Part shown: piece by piece, positions 10,303 to 19,616 of the stretch
Layout of the letters: every line of letters starts with the position of its first letter
Position numbering within the stretch: position 1 is the first letter of the stretch
Source of the DNA: Alistipes sp.
Lineage (GTDB): Bacteria; Bacteroidota; Bacteroidia; Bacteroidales; Rikenellaceae
DNA length: 64,000 nucleotides
Assembly: GCA_017631035.1 (NCBI GenBank)
Contig: JAGBUB010000031.1
Span: 39,360-103,359, forward strand
Direction: 5' to 3'
Translations under genes and position numbers: made by a program
The notes under the pieces: model-generated
Told to the model about the DNA's origin: nothing
Seen by the model: only the letters and a program-made list of their open reading frames with translations
Database searches by the model: none

Positions 10303-11799
10303 TTATGCTATTTTTGAAATTGCATCGATGAACGACTCTACCGATGCCGTTACGATATCGGTGTTGGCGCCAAAACCGTGATACATCTTGCCCTTGTGCG
10401 AGATTGACATATGTACCTTACCCAAGTCGTCGCTACCACGCGTAATAGCCTGAATAAGGAACTCCTCGATGTGCACACGGCGCTTGGTGATGTTCTTCAC
10501 GGCAGTGATTGCCGCATCGACGGGACCATTACCGCAAGCTGTCTCGGTAAAGGTGTCACCATCGAAGCTTATCTGAACTGTGGCGGTAGGGATTGTTGAC
10601 TTACCGCAGACAATCTGCAAACCTGTGAGCTGGATGTTCATACGACGACGCGATGCGGCTGTGCCAATGAGCACCTCCAGGTCGCGTGTGGTAATCATCT
10701 TCTTCTTGTCTGCCAACTCAAGGAAGCGCTGGTAGATATCGTCCAACTCCTCACCCTCGGGTGTGTAGCCAATCTCGGCGAGGTGGTGCTTCAGCGCAGC
10801 ACGACCACTGCGGGCTGTGAGCACGATGCTCGACTGGTCAACGCCAACATCCTCGGGATCGATAATCTCGTATGTCTCGCGGCTCTTCAATACGCCATCC
10901 TGGTGGATGCCCGATGAGTGTGCAAAGGCGTTGCGGCCCACGATGGCCTTGTTAGCCTGCACGGGCATACGCATAAGATTAGAAACGAGCTTGCTGGTTG
11001 AAATAATCTGCTTTGAGTCGATACCCACTTCGAAGTCGAGGTTTGAGTGGCACTTGATGGCCATTACAACCTCCTCCATAGCGGTGTTACCTGCTCTTTC
11101 GCCCAGACCGTTGATTGTTACCTCCACCTGACGCGCACCATTCTGCACACCTGCCAGAGTGTTGGCCGTAGCCATACCAAGGTCGTTGTGGCAGTGGGTT
11201 GAGATGATAGCCTTGTCGATATTGGGAACATTGTTCCTCAGGTAAGCGATCTTGGCACCATACTCGCTCGGCAAGCAGTAACCTGTCGTGTCGGGAATGT
11301 TCACCACGGTAGCACCCGCGGCGATAACGGCCTCCACTACGCGAGCCAAGAACTCCTCGTCGGTACGACCTGCGTCCTCGGCGTAGAACTCCACATCGTC
11401 GACAAAGCGGCGTGCGTACTTAACAGCCTCGACAGCCTGCTCAAGCACCGTGTCGGGAGTCATACGCAGTTTCTCGTAGATGTGATATGTCGATGTGCCG
11501 ATACCTGTGTGAATACGGCCTCGCTTGGCAAACTCCAACGACTGGGCAGCCACGTCGATATCCTTCTTCACGGCACGCGTAAGGGCGCAGATGGTGGGGT
11601 TGGTCACAGCCTTCGAAATCTCTACAACGGAGTTGAAGTCGCCCGGACTTGAGATGGGGAAACCGGCCTCGATAATATCGACGCCCAACTTCTCCAGCTG
11701 GCGAGCCACCTCAATCTTCTCGATTGTGTTGAGCTGACAACCCGGCACCTGCTCGGCATCACGCAGAGTGGTATCGAATATATAAACTTTTTCGCTCAT
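10303..11799 (-). CDS. leuA: 2-isopropylmalate synthase
   Basis: [23 protein letters not shown] and HSSGIHQDG; C-terminal GNGPVDA regulatory domain. Confidence 0.95.
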   Translation of the reverse strand: MSEKVYIFDTTLRDAEQVPGCQLNTIEKIEVARQLEKLGVDIIEAGFPISSPGDFNSVVEISKAVTNPTICALTRAVKKDIDVAAQSLEFAKRGRIHTGIGTSTYHIYEKLRMTPDTVLEQAVEAVKYARRFVDDVEFYAEDAGRTDEEFLARVVEAVIAAGATVVNIPDTTGYCLPSEYGAKIAYLRNNVPNIDKAIISTHCHNDLGMATANTLAGVQNGARQVEVTINGLGERAGNTAMEEVVMAIKCHSNLDFEVGIDSKQIISTSKLVSNLMRMPVQANKAIVGRNAFAHSSGIHQDGVLKSRETYEIIDPEDVGVDQSSIVLTARSGRAALKHHLAEIGYTPEGEELDDIYQRFLELADKKKMITTRDLEVLIGTAASRRRMNIQLTGLQIVCGKSTIPTATVQISFDGDTFTETACGNGPVDAAITAVKNITKRRVHIEEFLIQAITRGSDDLGKVHMSISHKGKMYHGFGANTDIVTASVESFIDAISKIA

Positions 11800-11819
11800 A
11801 CTCTATTTTAGGGTATAAA

Positions 11820-11849
11820 TCGGCAGCGAGCACTGAGGCCCGCTACCGA
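11820..11849 (-). other. Intercistronic 12-bp RNA hairpin between ilvC and leuA (weak terminator or mRNA stabiliser)
   Basis: Minus strand TCGGTAGCGGGC-CTCAGT-GCTCGCTGCCGA then TTTAT. Two G-U pairs form only on the coding strand. Confidence 0.7.
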
Positions 11850-11868
11850 ATAAGTTTTACAAATTGAA

Positions 11869-12915
11869 TTAGTTGTTCTCGGGACGGAGCTTGCGAACAA
11901 CGGCACCTGCCTGCCACATCTCTGTCTCGCGCATCTCCTTGAGCTCTGCCTCCAGCTTCTGACGATAGTCGGGCTGTGAGTTGGTGTCGATACTGCGCTG
12001 TGCCTCGTTACCGCAAGCAACCTCGCTGTAGAGCTCCTCGAATACGGGCATAGTAGCATCGCGGAACTTCTTCCACCAATCGAGTGCACCACGCTGAGCT
12101 GTAGTAGAGCAGTTTGCATACATCCAATCCATACCGTTCTCGGCGATAAGGGGCATAAGGCTCTGTGAGAGCTCCTCAACTGTCTCGTTGAATGCCTCAG
12201 AGGGAGTGTGGCCGTTCTGACGAAGAACCTCGTACTGTGCAGCAAAGATACCCTGGATAGCACCCATCAAAGTACCACGCTCACCAGTAAGGTCAGAGTA
12301 AACCTCACGCTTGAAAGTAGTCTCGAACAAGTAACCTGAACCAACACCGATACCGAGTGCGATTACACGGTCCCAAGCCTTGCCTGTAGCATCCTGGAAG
12401 ATAGCGTAGCTTGAGTTCAAGCCACGACCCTGCAAGAACATACGACGCAATGATGTACCTGAACCCTTGGGAGCAACCAAGATTACGTCAACATCGGCGG
12501 GAGGAACGATACCTGTGCGCTCCTTGTATGTGATACCAAAGCCGTGTGAGAAGTAGAGTGCCTTGCCGGGTGTGAGGTAGGGCTTGATTGTGGGCCATAC
12601 TGAGATCTGACCTGCGTCAGAGAGCAAGTACTCGATGATGGTTGCCTTCTGGCAAGCCTCCTCGATCTCGAACAAAGTCTCGCCTGGTACCCAGCCGTCC
12701 TCAACAGCCTTGTCCCAGCTCTTTGAGCCCTTACGCTGACCAACGATTACATTGAAACCGTTGTCGCGCAGGTTGAGTGACTGACCGGGACCCTGAACAC
12801 CGTAGCCGATAACGGCGATAGTCTCATCCTTCAATGTCTCCAAAGCCTTTGCCAAGGGATACTCCTCACGTGTTACGACGTTCTCTTCAACGCCACCAAA
12901 AATCATCTTTGCCAT
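11869..12915 (-). CDS. ilvC: Ketol-acid reductoisomerase (Bacteroidetes/fungal type)
   Basis: IGYGVQGPGQSLNLRD, FSHGF, SDLTGERGTLMG, NCSTTAQRGA. Confidence 0.97.
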   Translation of the reverse strand: MAKMIFGGVEENVVTREEYPLAKALETLKDETIAVIGYGVQGPGQSLNLRDNGFNVIVGQRKGSKSWDKAVEDGWVPGETLFEIEEACQKATIIEYLLSDAGQISVWPTIKPYLTPGKALYFSHGFGITYKERTGIVPPADVDVILVAPKGSGTSLRRMFLQGRGLNSSYAIFQDATGKAWDRVIALGIGVGSGYLFETTFKREVYSDLTGERGTLMGAIQGIFAAQYEVLRQNGHTPSEAFNETVEELSQSLMPLIAENGMDWMYANCSTTAQRGALDWWKKFRDATMPVFEELYSEVACGNEAQRSIDTNSQPDYRQKLEAELKEMRETEMWQAGAVVRKLRPENN

Positions 12916-12962
12916 AGTTGTAAATTTTTTATTGTTATTAATTTTTGAAATTGCTATTTATG

Positions 12963-13490
12963 TTATTCCAGTTTTTTCTGGCGCTCATTTACATAATCAA
13001 GATACTCGTCCAACAATTCGCGGCGTGACTTGATAATCGCCACAGGACCCGAGCATACAAACTGGTAGAGTCCGTAGGGTGCGAGCATCTGGTACAACTC
13101 CTGAATCTCGGCCTTGTGGCCTGTCTTCTCGAGTACGATAAAGTCGTCGTGAATATCCAGAATGCGTACATTGTGACGGCGCACCAAATCTTCGACGTTG
13201 CGGCCACGCTGCACCTTGTAGAGCGCTACCTGTTGCAGCACCACCTCCGAGGGTGAGTAGCAGAATACCTTCAGTACGTCGATTTTCTTTTCAATCTGCT
13301 TTACCAGATTGGCCACCTTCTCCTCGTCGTTCTTGACTATGATAGTGTATTTGTGCACACCATCGACAGCCGACTCCGATGCGGTGAGCGACTCGATATT
13401 GACGTTACGATGGGTGAAGACCGTTGTTATCTGGCTCAACAAACCCACCTTGTTTTCCGAAAATACGGTTATGATAAACTCTTTCTCCAT
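12963..13490 (-). CDS. ilvN: Acetolactate synthase small (regulatory) subunit
   Basis: ACT domain EN.VGLL...NIESL; lies between ilvB and ilvC. Confidence 0.93.
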   Translation of the reverse strand: MEKEFIITVFSENKVGLLSQITTVFTHRNVNIESLTASESAVDGVHKYTIIVKNDEEKVANLVKQIEKKIDVLKVFCYSPSEVVLQQVALYKVQRGRNVEDLVRRHNVRILDIHDDFIVLEKTGHKAEIQELYQMLAPYGLYQFVCSGPVAIIKSRRELLDEYLDYVNERQKKLE

Positions 13491-13509
13491 TCTCTTTTAG
13501 GCTTAATGC

Positions 13510-15246
13510 TTACTCCAATCTGATTTTATCGACGGGCTGGCCCGCAGGTACCATCGGGAATACATTCTCCTCACGCTGTACGCGTACCTCAAGCAGGAAT
13601 GCACCCTCGCTCTCTCGCATCTGGGTAATGGCCTCGTCCAACTCCTCGTGGCGTTCAACGCAACGATAGGGGATGTGGTTGGCCTTGGCCAAAAACTCGA
13701 AGTCGGGATTAACCAACTCGGTGAACGAGTAGCGCTTGTTGTAGAAGAGCTCCTGCCACTGGCGTACCATACCAAGGAAGCCGTTGTTCATAAGCACAAT
13801 TTTTACTCCTACCTGCGACTGGTATATCGTACCCAGCTCCTGTGAAGTCATCTGCAGACCTCCATCACCAACGAATAGGCATACATCACGCTCGGGAGCG
13901 CCAATCTTTGCTCCGATAGCGGCAGGTAGGCCGAAGCCCATTGTTCCCAGACCGCCCGAGGTGATGATACTGCGTGAACGCTTGAAGCGGAAGTAACGCG
14001 ATGCGAACATCTGCTGCTGACCTACGTCGGTAACAAGAATTGCATCGTTGAACTGTTGCGATACGGCATCTACCACCTCGCCCATTCTCAGGTGTGGGCC
14101 ACGACGCTCGATGGCGGGCTCGATGATATCCTCACGCTCGATGTTGTAGCATACGCGGAACTCATCCAGCCAAGCTGAGTGGTCGCACTTGGTTATCTTC
14201 TCTGTAAGCAGGGGCAGGGTGCGCTTAACATCACCCATCACTGCCACATCGGCATATACAAGTTTGTTTACCTCGGCCGGATCGATCTCCATATGAATAA
14301 TCTTGGCATTGATACCGAACTTCGAGGGATCTCCCGTCACACGATCGTCGAAACGCATACCGATGGCGATAAGCAGGTCGCAGTCGCGGTTCTTGAAGTT
14401 GGGGGCGTAGTTGCCGTGCATACCGAGCATACCTACGTACTGTGGATGGTCGGAGGGCAGAGCCGACAGGCCTAGCAGTGTAGAGGCCGCAGGGATACCG
14501 CTCTTTTCGAGGAACTCCTTGAGCTCCTGCTCGGCACCTCCCAGAATAACACCCTGTCCAATCAGTGCCATAGGCTTGCGTGAGAGGTTGATAAGGCGGG
14601 CTGCCTCCAAAATCTGGTCGTTGTCAATGTCGTGGTGGGGGATATAGCTACGGATAAACTTCGTCGGCTTGTAGTCGAAATCCATCAAACCGATCTGTGC
14701 ATCCTTTGTGATGTCAATCACTACGGGACCCGGACGACCGCTCGATGCGATGTAAAACGCACGGGCAATAGCTTCGGGGATATCCTCGGCTCGCTTCACC
14801 TGACAGTTCCACTTGGTAACCGAGTTGGTAATCTCGATAAAGTTGATCTCCTGAAAGGCGTCGGTACCCAGTGTTGTCGATGCCACCTGACCACTGATGA
14901 GCACGATAGGTGTAGAGTCGAGCATAGCATCGGCCAAACCTGTCACGGTGTTTGTAGCACCAGGACCCGATGTTACGATGCAGACTCCGGTCTTACCCGT
15001 TGCGCGGGCATAGCCCTGTGCCGCGTGCAGTGCGCACTGTTCGTGGCGTACCAGAACGTGATTAATCTGGTCGCGATAGTCGTACAGCGCATCATATACG
15101 GGAATGATAGCACCACCCGGATAACCGAATATGGTCTCGACACCCTCGGCCAAGAACGAACGAATGACAGCCTCAGAGCCTGAGATGCGTGGCAAGTCCT
15201 TCTTGGGTTGTGGAGTCGTTGTATCTGAAAAACCTGAAAAAGCCAT
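13510..15246 (-). CDS. ilvB: Acetolactate synthase large subunit
   Basis: FGYPGGA, RHEQ, TSGPGATN, SGGLGTMGFG, and the GDGG...NNGFLGMVRQWQ ThDP motif. Confidence 0.97.
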   Translation of the reverse strand: MAFSGFSDTTTPQPKKDLPRISGSEAVIRSFLAEGVETIFGYPGGAIIPVYDALYDYRDQINHVLVRHEQCALHAAQGYARATGKTGVCIVTSGPGATNTVTGLADAMLDSTPIVLISGQVASTTLGTDAFQEINFIEITNSVTKWNCQVKRAEDIPEAIARAFYIASSGRPGPVVIDITKDAQIGLMDFDYKPTKFIRSYIPHHDIDNDQILEAARLINLSRKPMALIGQGVILGGAEQELKEFLEKSGIPAASTLLGLSALPSDHPQYVGMLGMHGNYAPNFKNRDCDLLIAIGMRFDDRVTGDPSKFGINAKIIHMEIDPAEVNKLVYADVAVMGDVKRTLPLLTEKITKCDHSAWLDEFRVCYNIEREDIIEPAIERRGPHLRMGEVVDAVSQQFNDAILVTDVGQQQMFASRYFRFKRSRSIITSGGLGTMGFGLPAAIGAKIGAPERDVCLFVGDGGLQMTSQELGTIYQSQVGVKIVLMNNGFLGMVRQWQELFYNKRYSFTELVNPDFEFLAKANHIPYRCVERHEELDEAITQMRESEGAFLLEVRVQREENVFPMVPAGQPVDKIRLE

Positions 15247-15272
15247 AATTGTTTGGGTTGTGTGTTATTAGG

Positions 15273-17093
15273 TTACTCTTCGGGTACGATTCTTACAGCA
15301 CCCTGATCGGCTGATGATACCAGGAGCGAATATGCTCTGAGTGACTGGGGCACTACTCGGTCGCGGTTTACGGGTTTGCGAACCTTCCACGCGGCCATAC
15401 GCTCGGCCAGCTCCTCATCTGATATGCGGAGGTTGATTGAGCGGGCAGTGATGTCGATGTCAATCATATCACCGTCGCAGATAATGCCAATCTCGCCACC
15501 CGATGCAGCCTCGGGCGAAACGTGACCGATTGAAAGTCCCGACGTGCCACCCGAAAAACGGCCGTCGGTAATCAATGCACACGCCTTGTCCAGATGCTTC
15601 GACTTGAGGTAAGAGGTGGGGTAGAGCATCTCCTGCATACCAGGACCACCCTTGGGGCCCTCGTAGCGGATAACGACAACGTCGCCAGCCTCTACCGAGC
15701 TATTCAAAATGCCATTCATAGCCTGCTCCTGCGACTCGAATACCTTTGCCTTGCCGCTGAACTGCATCAACTCCTGCGCTACGCCGGCTGTCTTCACGAT
15801 GCAACCCTTGCGGGCGATGTTGCCTGTAAGAACTGCCAAGCCTCCGTCGCGGAAGTAGGCGTGGTCGAAGTCGCGGATGCAACCCTCGGCGTGGTCGGCG
15901 TCCATCTCCTTGTAGTATGTTGCCTGCGAACCCATCTCACGGCTATAGCGATTGGCGGGTGCGCTGAGGTATATCTTGCGTGCATCGTCAGAGAAGTTCT
16001 CCGAGCCGTAGTAGTACTCGTTTAAGGCATCGGCCAGCGACGCATAATCGACACGCTTAGCTGTAGTGTCAAGCAGTCCCTGCTTGGCCAGCTCGCCCAG
16101 AATACCCATAATACCACCGGCGCGGTTTACATCCTGCACGTGGTAGTGTCCGTTGGGAGCCACCTTGCACAGTACGGGAATCTTGCGTGAGAGACGGTCG
16201 ATGTCGGCCATTGTAAAGTTTACGCCAGCCTCGTGAGCAACAGCCAAAAGGTGCAGAACGGTATTTGTTGAGCCACCCATAGCGATGTCGAGCGACATAG
16301 CATTCTCAAAAGCCGATTTTGTTGCGATAGAACGAGGCAGCACCGACTCATCACCCTCGAAGTAGTATCGCTTGGCGTTCTCGACAATGAGTTTTGCAAC
16401 CTTTGCAAAGAGAGCCTTGCGATTTTCGTGCGTTGCGACGATGGTTCCGTTGCCGGGCAGAGCCAGACCGATAGCCTCGTTGAGGCAGTTCATCGAGTTG
16501 GCAGTAAACATTCCCGAGCAAGAGCCGCAACCGGGGCAGGCACAAGCCTCAATTTCGGCTGCATCCTCGTCGGTGCAATTCTCGTCGGCACTCAGTACCA
16601 TAGCGTCAATAAGGTCGGCACCACGACCACGGAACTGACCCGCCTCCATCGGACCACCCGATACGAATACGGTGGGGATGTTAAGGCGCATCGAGGCCAT
16701 CAGCATACCTGGTGTAATCTTGTCGCAGTTGCTGATGCATACCAAGGCATCTACCTTGTGTGCGTTGGCCATATACTCTACCGAGTCGGCGATGATGTCG
16801 CGCGAGGGGAGTGAGTAGAGCATACCATCGTGTCCCATTGCGATACCATCGTCGATGGCGATGGTGTTGAACTCGGCAGCAAAGCATCCCTGCTCCTCGA
16901 TGAGCTGTTTTACATACTGACCTATCTTGTGAAGGTGCACGTGACCCGGTACCATCTGAGTGAATGAGTTGGCAATTCCGATTACGGGCATACCCATCTG
17001 CTGGGTTGTCATACCATTGGCACGCCACAGGCTTCTCGCGCCTGCCATACGGCGACCTACGGTGGTGATTGCACTTCTTAACTGGTGTTTCAT
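15273..17093 (-). CDS. ilvD: Dihydroxy-acid dehydratase
   Basis: [37 protein letters not shown] and TDGRFSG. Start is MKHQLRS at 17093; the longer ORF runs through the attenuator. Confidence 0.97.
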   Translation of the reverse strand: MKHQLRSAITTVGRRMAGARSLWRANGMTTQQMGMPVIGIANSFTQMVPGHVHLHKIGQYVKQLIEEQGCFAAEFNTIAIDDGIAMGHDGMLYSLPSRDIIADSVEYMANAHKVDALVCISNCDKITPGMLMASMRLNIPTVFVSGGPMEAGQFRGRGADLIDAMVLSADENCTDEDAAEIEACACPGCGSCSGMFTANSMNCLNEAIGLALPGNGTIVATHENRKALFAKVAKLIVENAKRYYFEGDESVLPRSIATKSAFENAMSLDIAMGGSTNTVLHLLAVAHEAGVNFTMADIDRLSRKIPVLCKVAPNGHYHVQDVNRAGGIMGILGELAKQGLLDTTAKRVDYASLADALNEYYYGSENFSDDARKIYLSAPANRYSREMGSQATYYKEMDADHAEGCIRDFDHAYFRDGGLAVLTGNIARKGCIVKTAGVAQELMQFSGKAKVFESQEQAMNGILNSSVEAGDVVVIRYEGPKGGPGMQEMLYPTSYLKSKHLDKACALITDGRFSGGTSGLSIGHVSPEAASGGEIGIICDGDMIDIDITARSINLRISDEELAERMAAWKVRKPVNRDRVVPQSLRAYSLLVSSADQGAVRIVPEE

Positions 17094-17114
17094 CTTTACC
17101 AAAGTTTCGTGGTT

Positions 17115-17144
17115 AAAAAAAGCCTCTCTCATATTGAGAAAGGC
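17115..17144 (-). terminator. Attenuator terminator upstream of ilvD
   Basis: Minus strand GGCCTTTCTCA-ATA-TGAGAGAGGC-TTTTTTT, about 20 nt before the ilvD start. Confidence 0.85.
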
Positions 17145-17186
17145 CTATATAAAACGCAATATTGTATATATACAACCTTTCTCCCG

Positions 17187-17243
17187 TTATCTGCACAAGA
17201 CCACGAGGATTAGGTTAATGATAATATACAAATTGTTGAACAT
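17187..17243 (-). CDS. ilv-leu operon attenuator leader peptide MFNNLYIIINLILVVLCR (18 aa)
   Basis: 10 of 18 codons are Ile/Leu/Val. It lies between the promoter and the terminator, and GAGAAAGG just after the stop is complementary to the terminator 5' arm CCTTTCTC. Confidence 0.85.
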   Translation of the reverse strand: MFNNLYIIINLILVVLCR

Positions 17244-17270
17244 AGCATCTATAGTTTAGCGGTTGTGGTA

Positions 17271-17302
17271 CAAAAGTAATAGTAAAAATTATTAAAAACA
17301 AG
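17271..17302 (-). promoter_or_regulatory. Promoter of the ilv-leu operon
   Basis: TACTTTTG at 17278-17271, with CTTG (17302-17299) 20 nt upstream. Confidence 0.65.
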
Positions 17303-17424
17303 AAAAATTAATATTTTCTTGCATAATAAACACACTTTTTATGGATGAATATGGCGTTGTAGGGGCCAATACGGCCATATGCATATGAAAAATTATGTAA
17401 TAATTATTCGTAACAAAATGTAAC

Positions 17425-18396
17425 CTACTGCATCTTTTCGACATCCGACGCCTGCCTGTTACTTGAGTTTGTGTTCTTCGTTGCATCGCCTTGTGATGTT
17501 GCTGAAACCTTGCCCCGACGTCCCGTGCGGGATGTTTTGGCGTTGTCGCAAAGGGTGAGCCGACAGCCGTTGCCAACATTCTCGATTGAGAGTTTGTTAC
17601 TGCGCTCCAATTCGTTAATCATTAGGTCGGTACGAGGCTTGTCAAGACCGAATGCCACCTCAATTTCGGCAGGATATACGCTTCTATAGCGACGCATAAA
17701 ATCAATAATGTTAGCCTGTGAGGGCCCCAAGCGTCGCGGCTTGATTCGCCCCTCCGACAAACGTCCTATGATGGCGTGAAAGGTACTCAGGTTCTGGTAT
17801 CCGTTAAGTGTGATTTTCGTTGAGCCACATTTTATTACATACGAAGGAAATCCCGTTATTCCGTTGCGACGGCACTTCATGCGCGATTGGGTGAAGTTGC
17901 TTTGTGCATCGCCCGAGGTGTAGGCGTCGATAAAAAGTGCAGCCTCAAGGCCTGTCTCCACGGCAAGTTCTACCAGTACATCCATTTGTGATGTACGGCG
18001 AGCCTCGATGAAGGTCGCTTCGCGTATGCGACGCAGAAAGCGTTTGGCCACTTCGGGGTCAATCAGACGTGCCGCCTCGTAGGCAATGTTTTGTGGGAAA
18101 CTCGATGGATAGCGCTCGTTGAATAGGGCAAAGTGGCGGGTGTTGACCGGCATGCCGTGACGCTCCGAGGCCTTTATCCAGTTCTCGGCTATGCGGCTGT
18201 TTGCTTGGTCGATGATCTCGCGTGTAGAGCCCTTCAGTTCGTAGAGTGTGGTTATCTCCTCGATGAGTCCTCCCATCACATATTCGACGCCTATCTTGTT
18301 GCCATAGAGGTAGTCTATGGCTCTCATCGTAGGCTCATTGCCCCAGCACCACACGCATATCGGGTCGGTGAATTGGTAGATTGTTATCTTGTCCAT
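17425..18396 (-). CDS. DsbA-family thioredoxin-fold protein, YjbH/SpxH-like, with putative C-terminal winged helix
   Basis: YQFTDPICVWCWGNEP (CxxC), HGMPV, PSSFP..IAYEAA and GITGFPS. No signal peptide; start MDKITI. Confidence 0.8.
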   Translation of the reverse strand: MDKITIYQFTDPICVWCWGNEPTMRAIDYLYGNKIGVEYVMGGLIEEITTLYELKGSTREIIDQANSRIAENWIKASERHGMPVNTRHFALFNERYPSSFPQNIAYEAARLIDPEVAKRFLRRIREATFIEARRTSQMDVLVELAVETGLEAALFIDAYTSGDAQSNFTQSRMKCRRNGITGFPSYVIKCGSTKITLNGYQNLSTFHAIIGRLSEGRIKPRRLGPSQANIIDFMRRYRSVYPAEIEVAFGLDKPRTDLMINELERSNKLSIENVGNGCRLTLCDNAKTSRTGRRGKVSATSQGDATKNTNSSNRQASDVEKMQ

Positions 18397-18426
18397 CTTG
18401 ATTGTTTTTGCATTTATGGTGGGGTG

Positions 18427-18443
18427 AGCAAAAAACACGCCAA
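18427..18443 (-). promoter_or_regulatory. Candidate sigma54-type -24/-12 promoter
   Basis: Minus strand TTGGCGTGTTTTTTGCT, i.e. GG-N10-GC, 30 nt upstream of ATG 18396. Confidence 0.5.
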
Positions 18444-18539
18444 CGGCTCGGTACGCACGCTTGCCGTATAAATATGTGGCCGATACTTTGCAAAAAGCAT
18501 AAAAAATTGTAATTTTATCCCCAAGAAAAAGTGTCTGCT

Positions 18540-19085
18540 ATGATTTACAACGAACGTGATATGAGAGCTGAGACGGTCAAGATGTTGGCCGAGGCTGTGA
18601 TGGTGGCTGCCCGTACTGCCCCCAAGGCGAAGGGTCGCGATTTGGTGGAGATTGCTATGCTGACCGATGAGGATGTTGAGCGTTTATCCAATATGATGCT
18701 CAAGGTGAGCGAGGAAACAGGACTTAAATTCCTTTTGCGTGATGCCGCCAATATCCTTCAGTCGCAGGCATTGCTGCTCATCGGTACGAGCAACGTGGCC
18801 GAGGTGTGCTCACTCAATTGCGGTTATTGTGGCTTTGCCACCTGCTGCGCGAAACCCGAATATGTACCCTGTGCAATGAATGCCATCGATGTGGGTATCG
18901 CCATCGGTGCCGCCTGCTCGAAGATTGCCGACTTCCGATTGGATTCGCGTGTGCTCTTCTCGGCTGGTTGGGTAGCAAAGCGTATGGGCGTGTTGCCCGA
19001 GTGCGATTTGGTCTTTGCCATTCCGCTTAGTTCGTCGTCGAAGAATCCATTCTTTGACCGTAAATCACCTGTGAATAAACAATAA
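18540..19085 (+). CDS. DUF2148 / ferredoxin-domain nitroreductase-like protein
   Basis: AARTAPKAKG.D, NCGYCGFATC, D.GIAIGAA, DSRVLFSAG and K.PFFDR. Confidence 0.82.
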   Translation: MIYNERDMRAETVKMLAEAVMVAARTAPKAKGRDLVEIAMLTDEDVERLSNMMLKVSEETGLKFLLRDAANILQSQALLLIGTSNVAEVCSLNCGYCGFATCCAKPEYVPCAMNAIDVGIAIGAACSKIADFRLDSRVLFSAGWVAKRMGVLPECDLVFAIPLSSSSKNPFFDRKSPVNKQ

Positions 19086-19097
19086 AACAAAATAATT

Positions 19098-19616
19098 ATG
19101 GAGAGTAAAAAATCTGTTGTATCGTCATTCGATGTCGATCACTTGACCCTCAAGGAGGGCCTCTATCTGCGTTCAGTATACACAATCAACGACGAGTTTG
19201 CTGTGCATTCGTGGGATATGCGTTTCCGCGCCCCTATGGACTATGCTCCGCTTGGCTCGGGTGAGGTGCATACCATCGAGCATTTGATGGCTTACTATTT
19301 GCGTCTTGACCCCGTAATCGGCAAGAGTATTGTGTCGTTCTGCCCGATGGGTTGCAAGACTGGCTTCTACCTCTCTACGATGAACAATGTCACTGCCGAG
19401 CAGATTCGTGCGGCGTTGGCTCGTGTCTACAAGGAGGCTTTTCCGCTTAAGTCGAAGAACGACATCGTGGGTCTTAACGAGGTGCAGTGTGGTAACCCCG
19501 GTTTGTTTGCTGTGGCTACTACAAATGAGGCTATGGCGCAGTATCTGCGTTGCTTGTACACTCGCGATGAGGCTAAAGAGGCAGGTATTGAGTCAATCTA
19601 TAATTGTGCTATGTAA
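19098..19616 (+). CDS. luxS: S-ribosylhomocysteine lyase (AI-2 synthase)
   Basis: SF.VDH, DMRF, HTIEH, PMGCKTGFY and CGN motifs. Confidence 0.92.
   Translation: MESKKSVVSSFDVDHLTLKEGLYLRSVYTINDEFAVHSWDMRFRAPMDYAPLGSGEVHTIEHLMAYYLRLDPVIGKSIVSFCPMGCKTGFYLSTMNNVTAEQIRAALARVYKEAFPLKSKNDIVGLNEVQCGNPGLFAVATTNEAMAQYLRCLYTRDEAKEAGIESIYNCAM

Noticed and set aside
17350-17387. Imperfect ATATGGC...GCCATAT hairpin and CATATGCATATG palindrome after the YjbH-like gene
   Set aside because: Irregular stem without a U-tract; no function can be supported.
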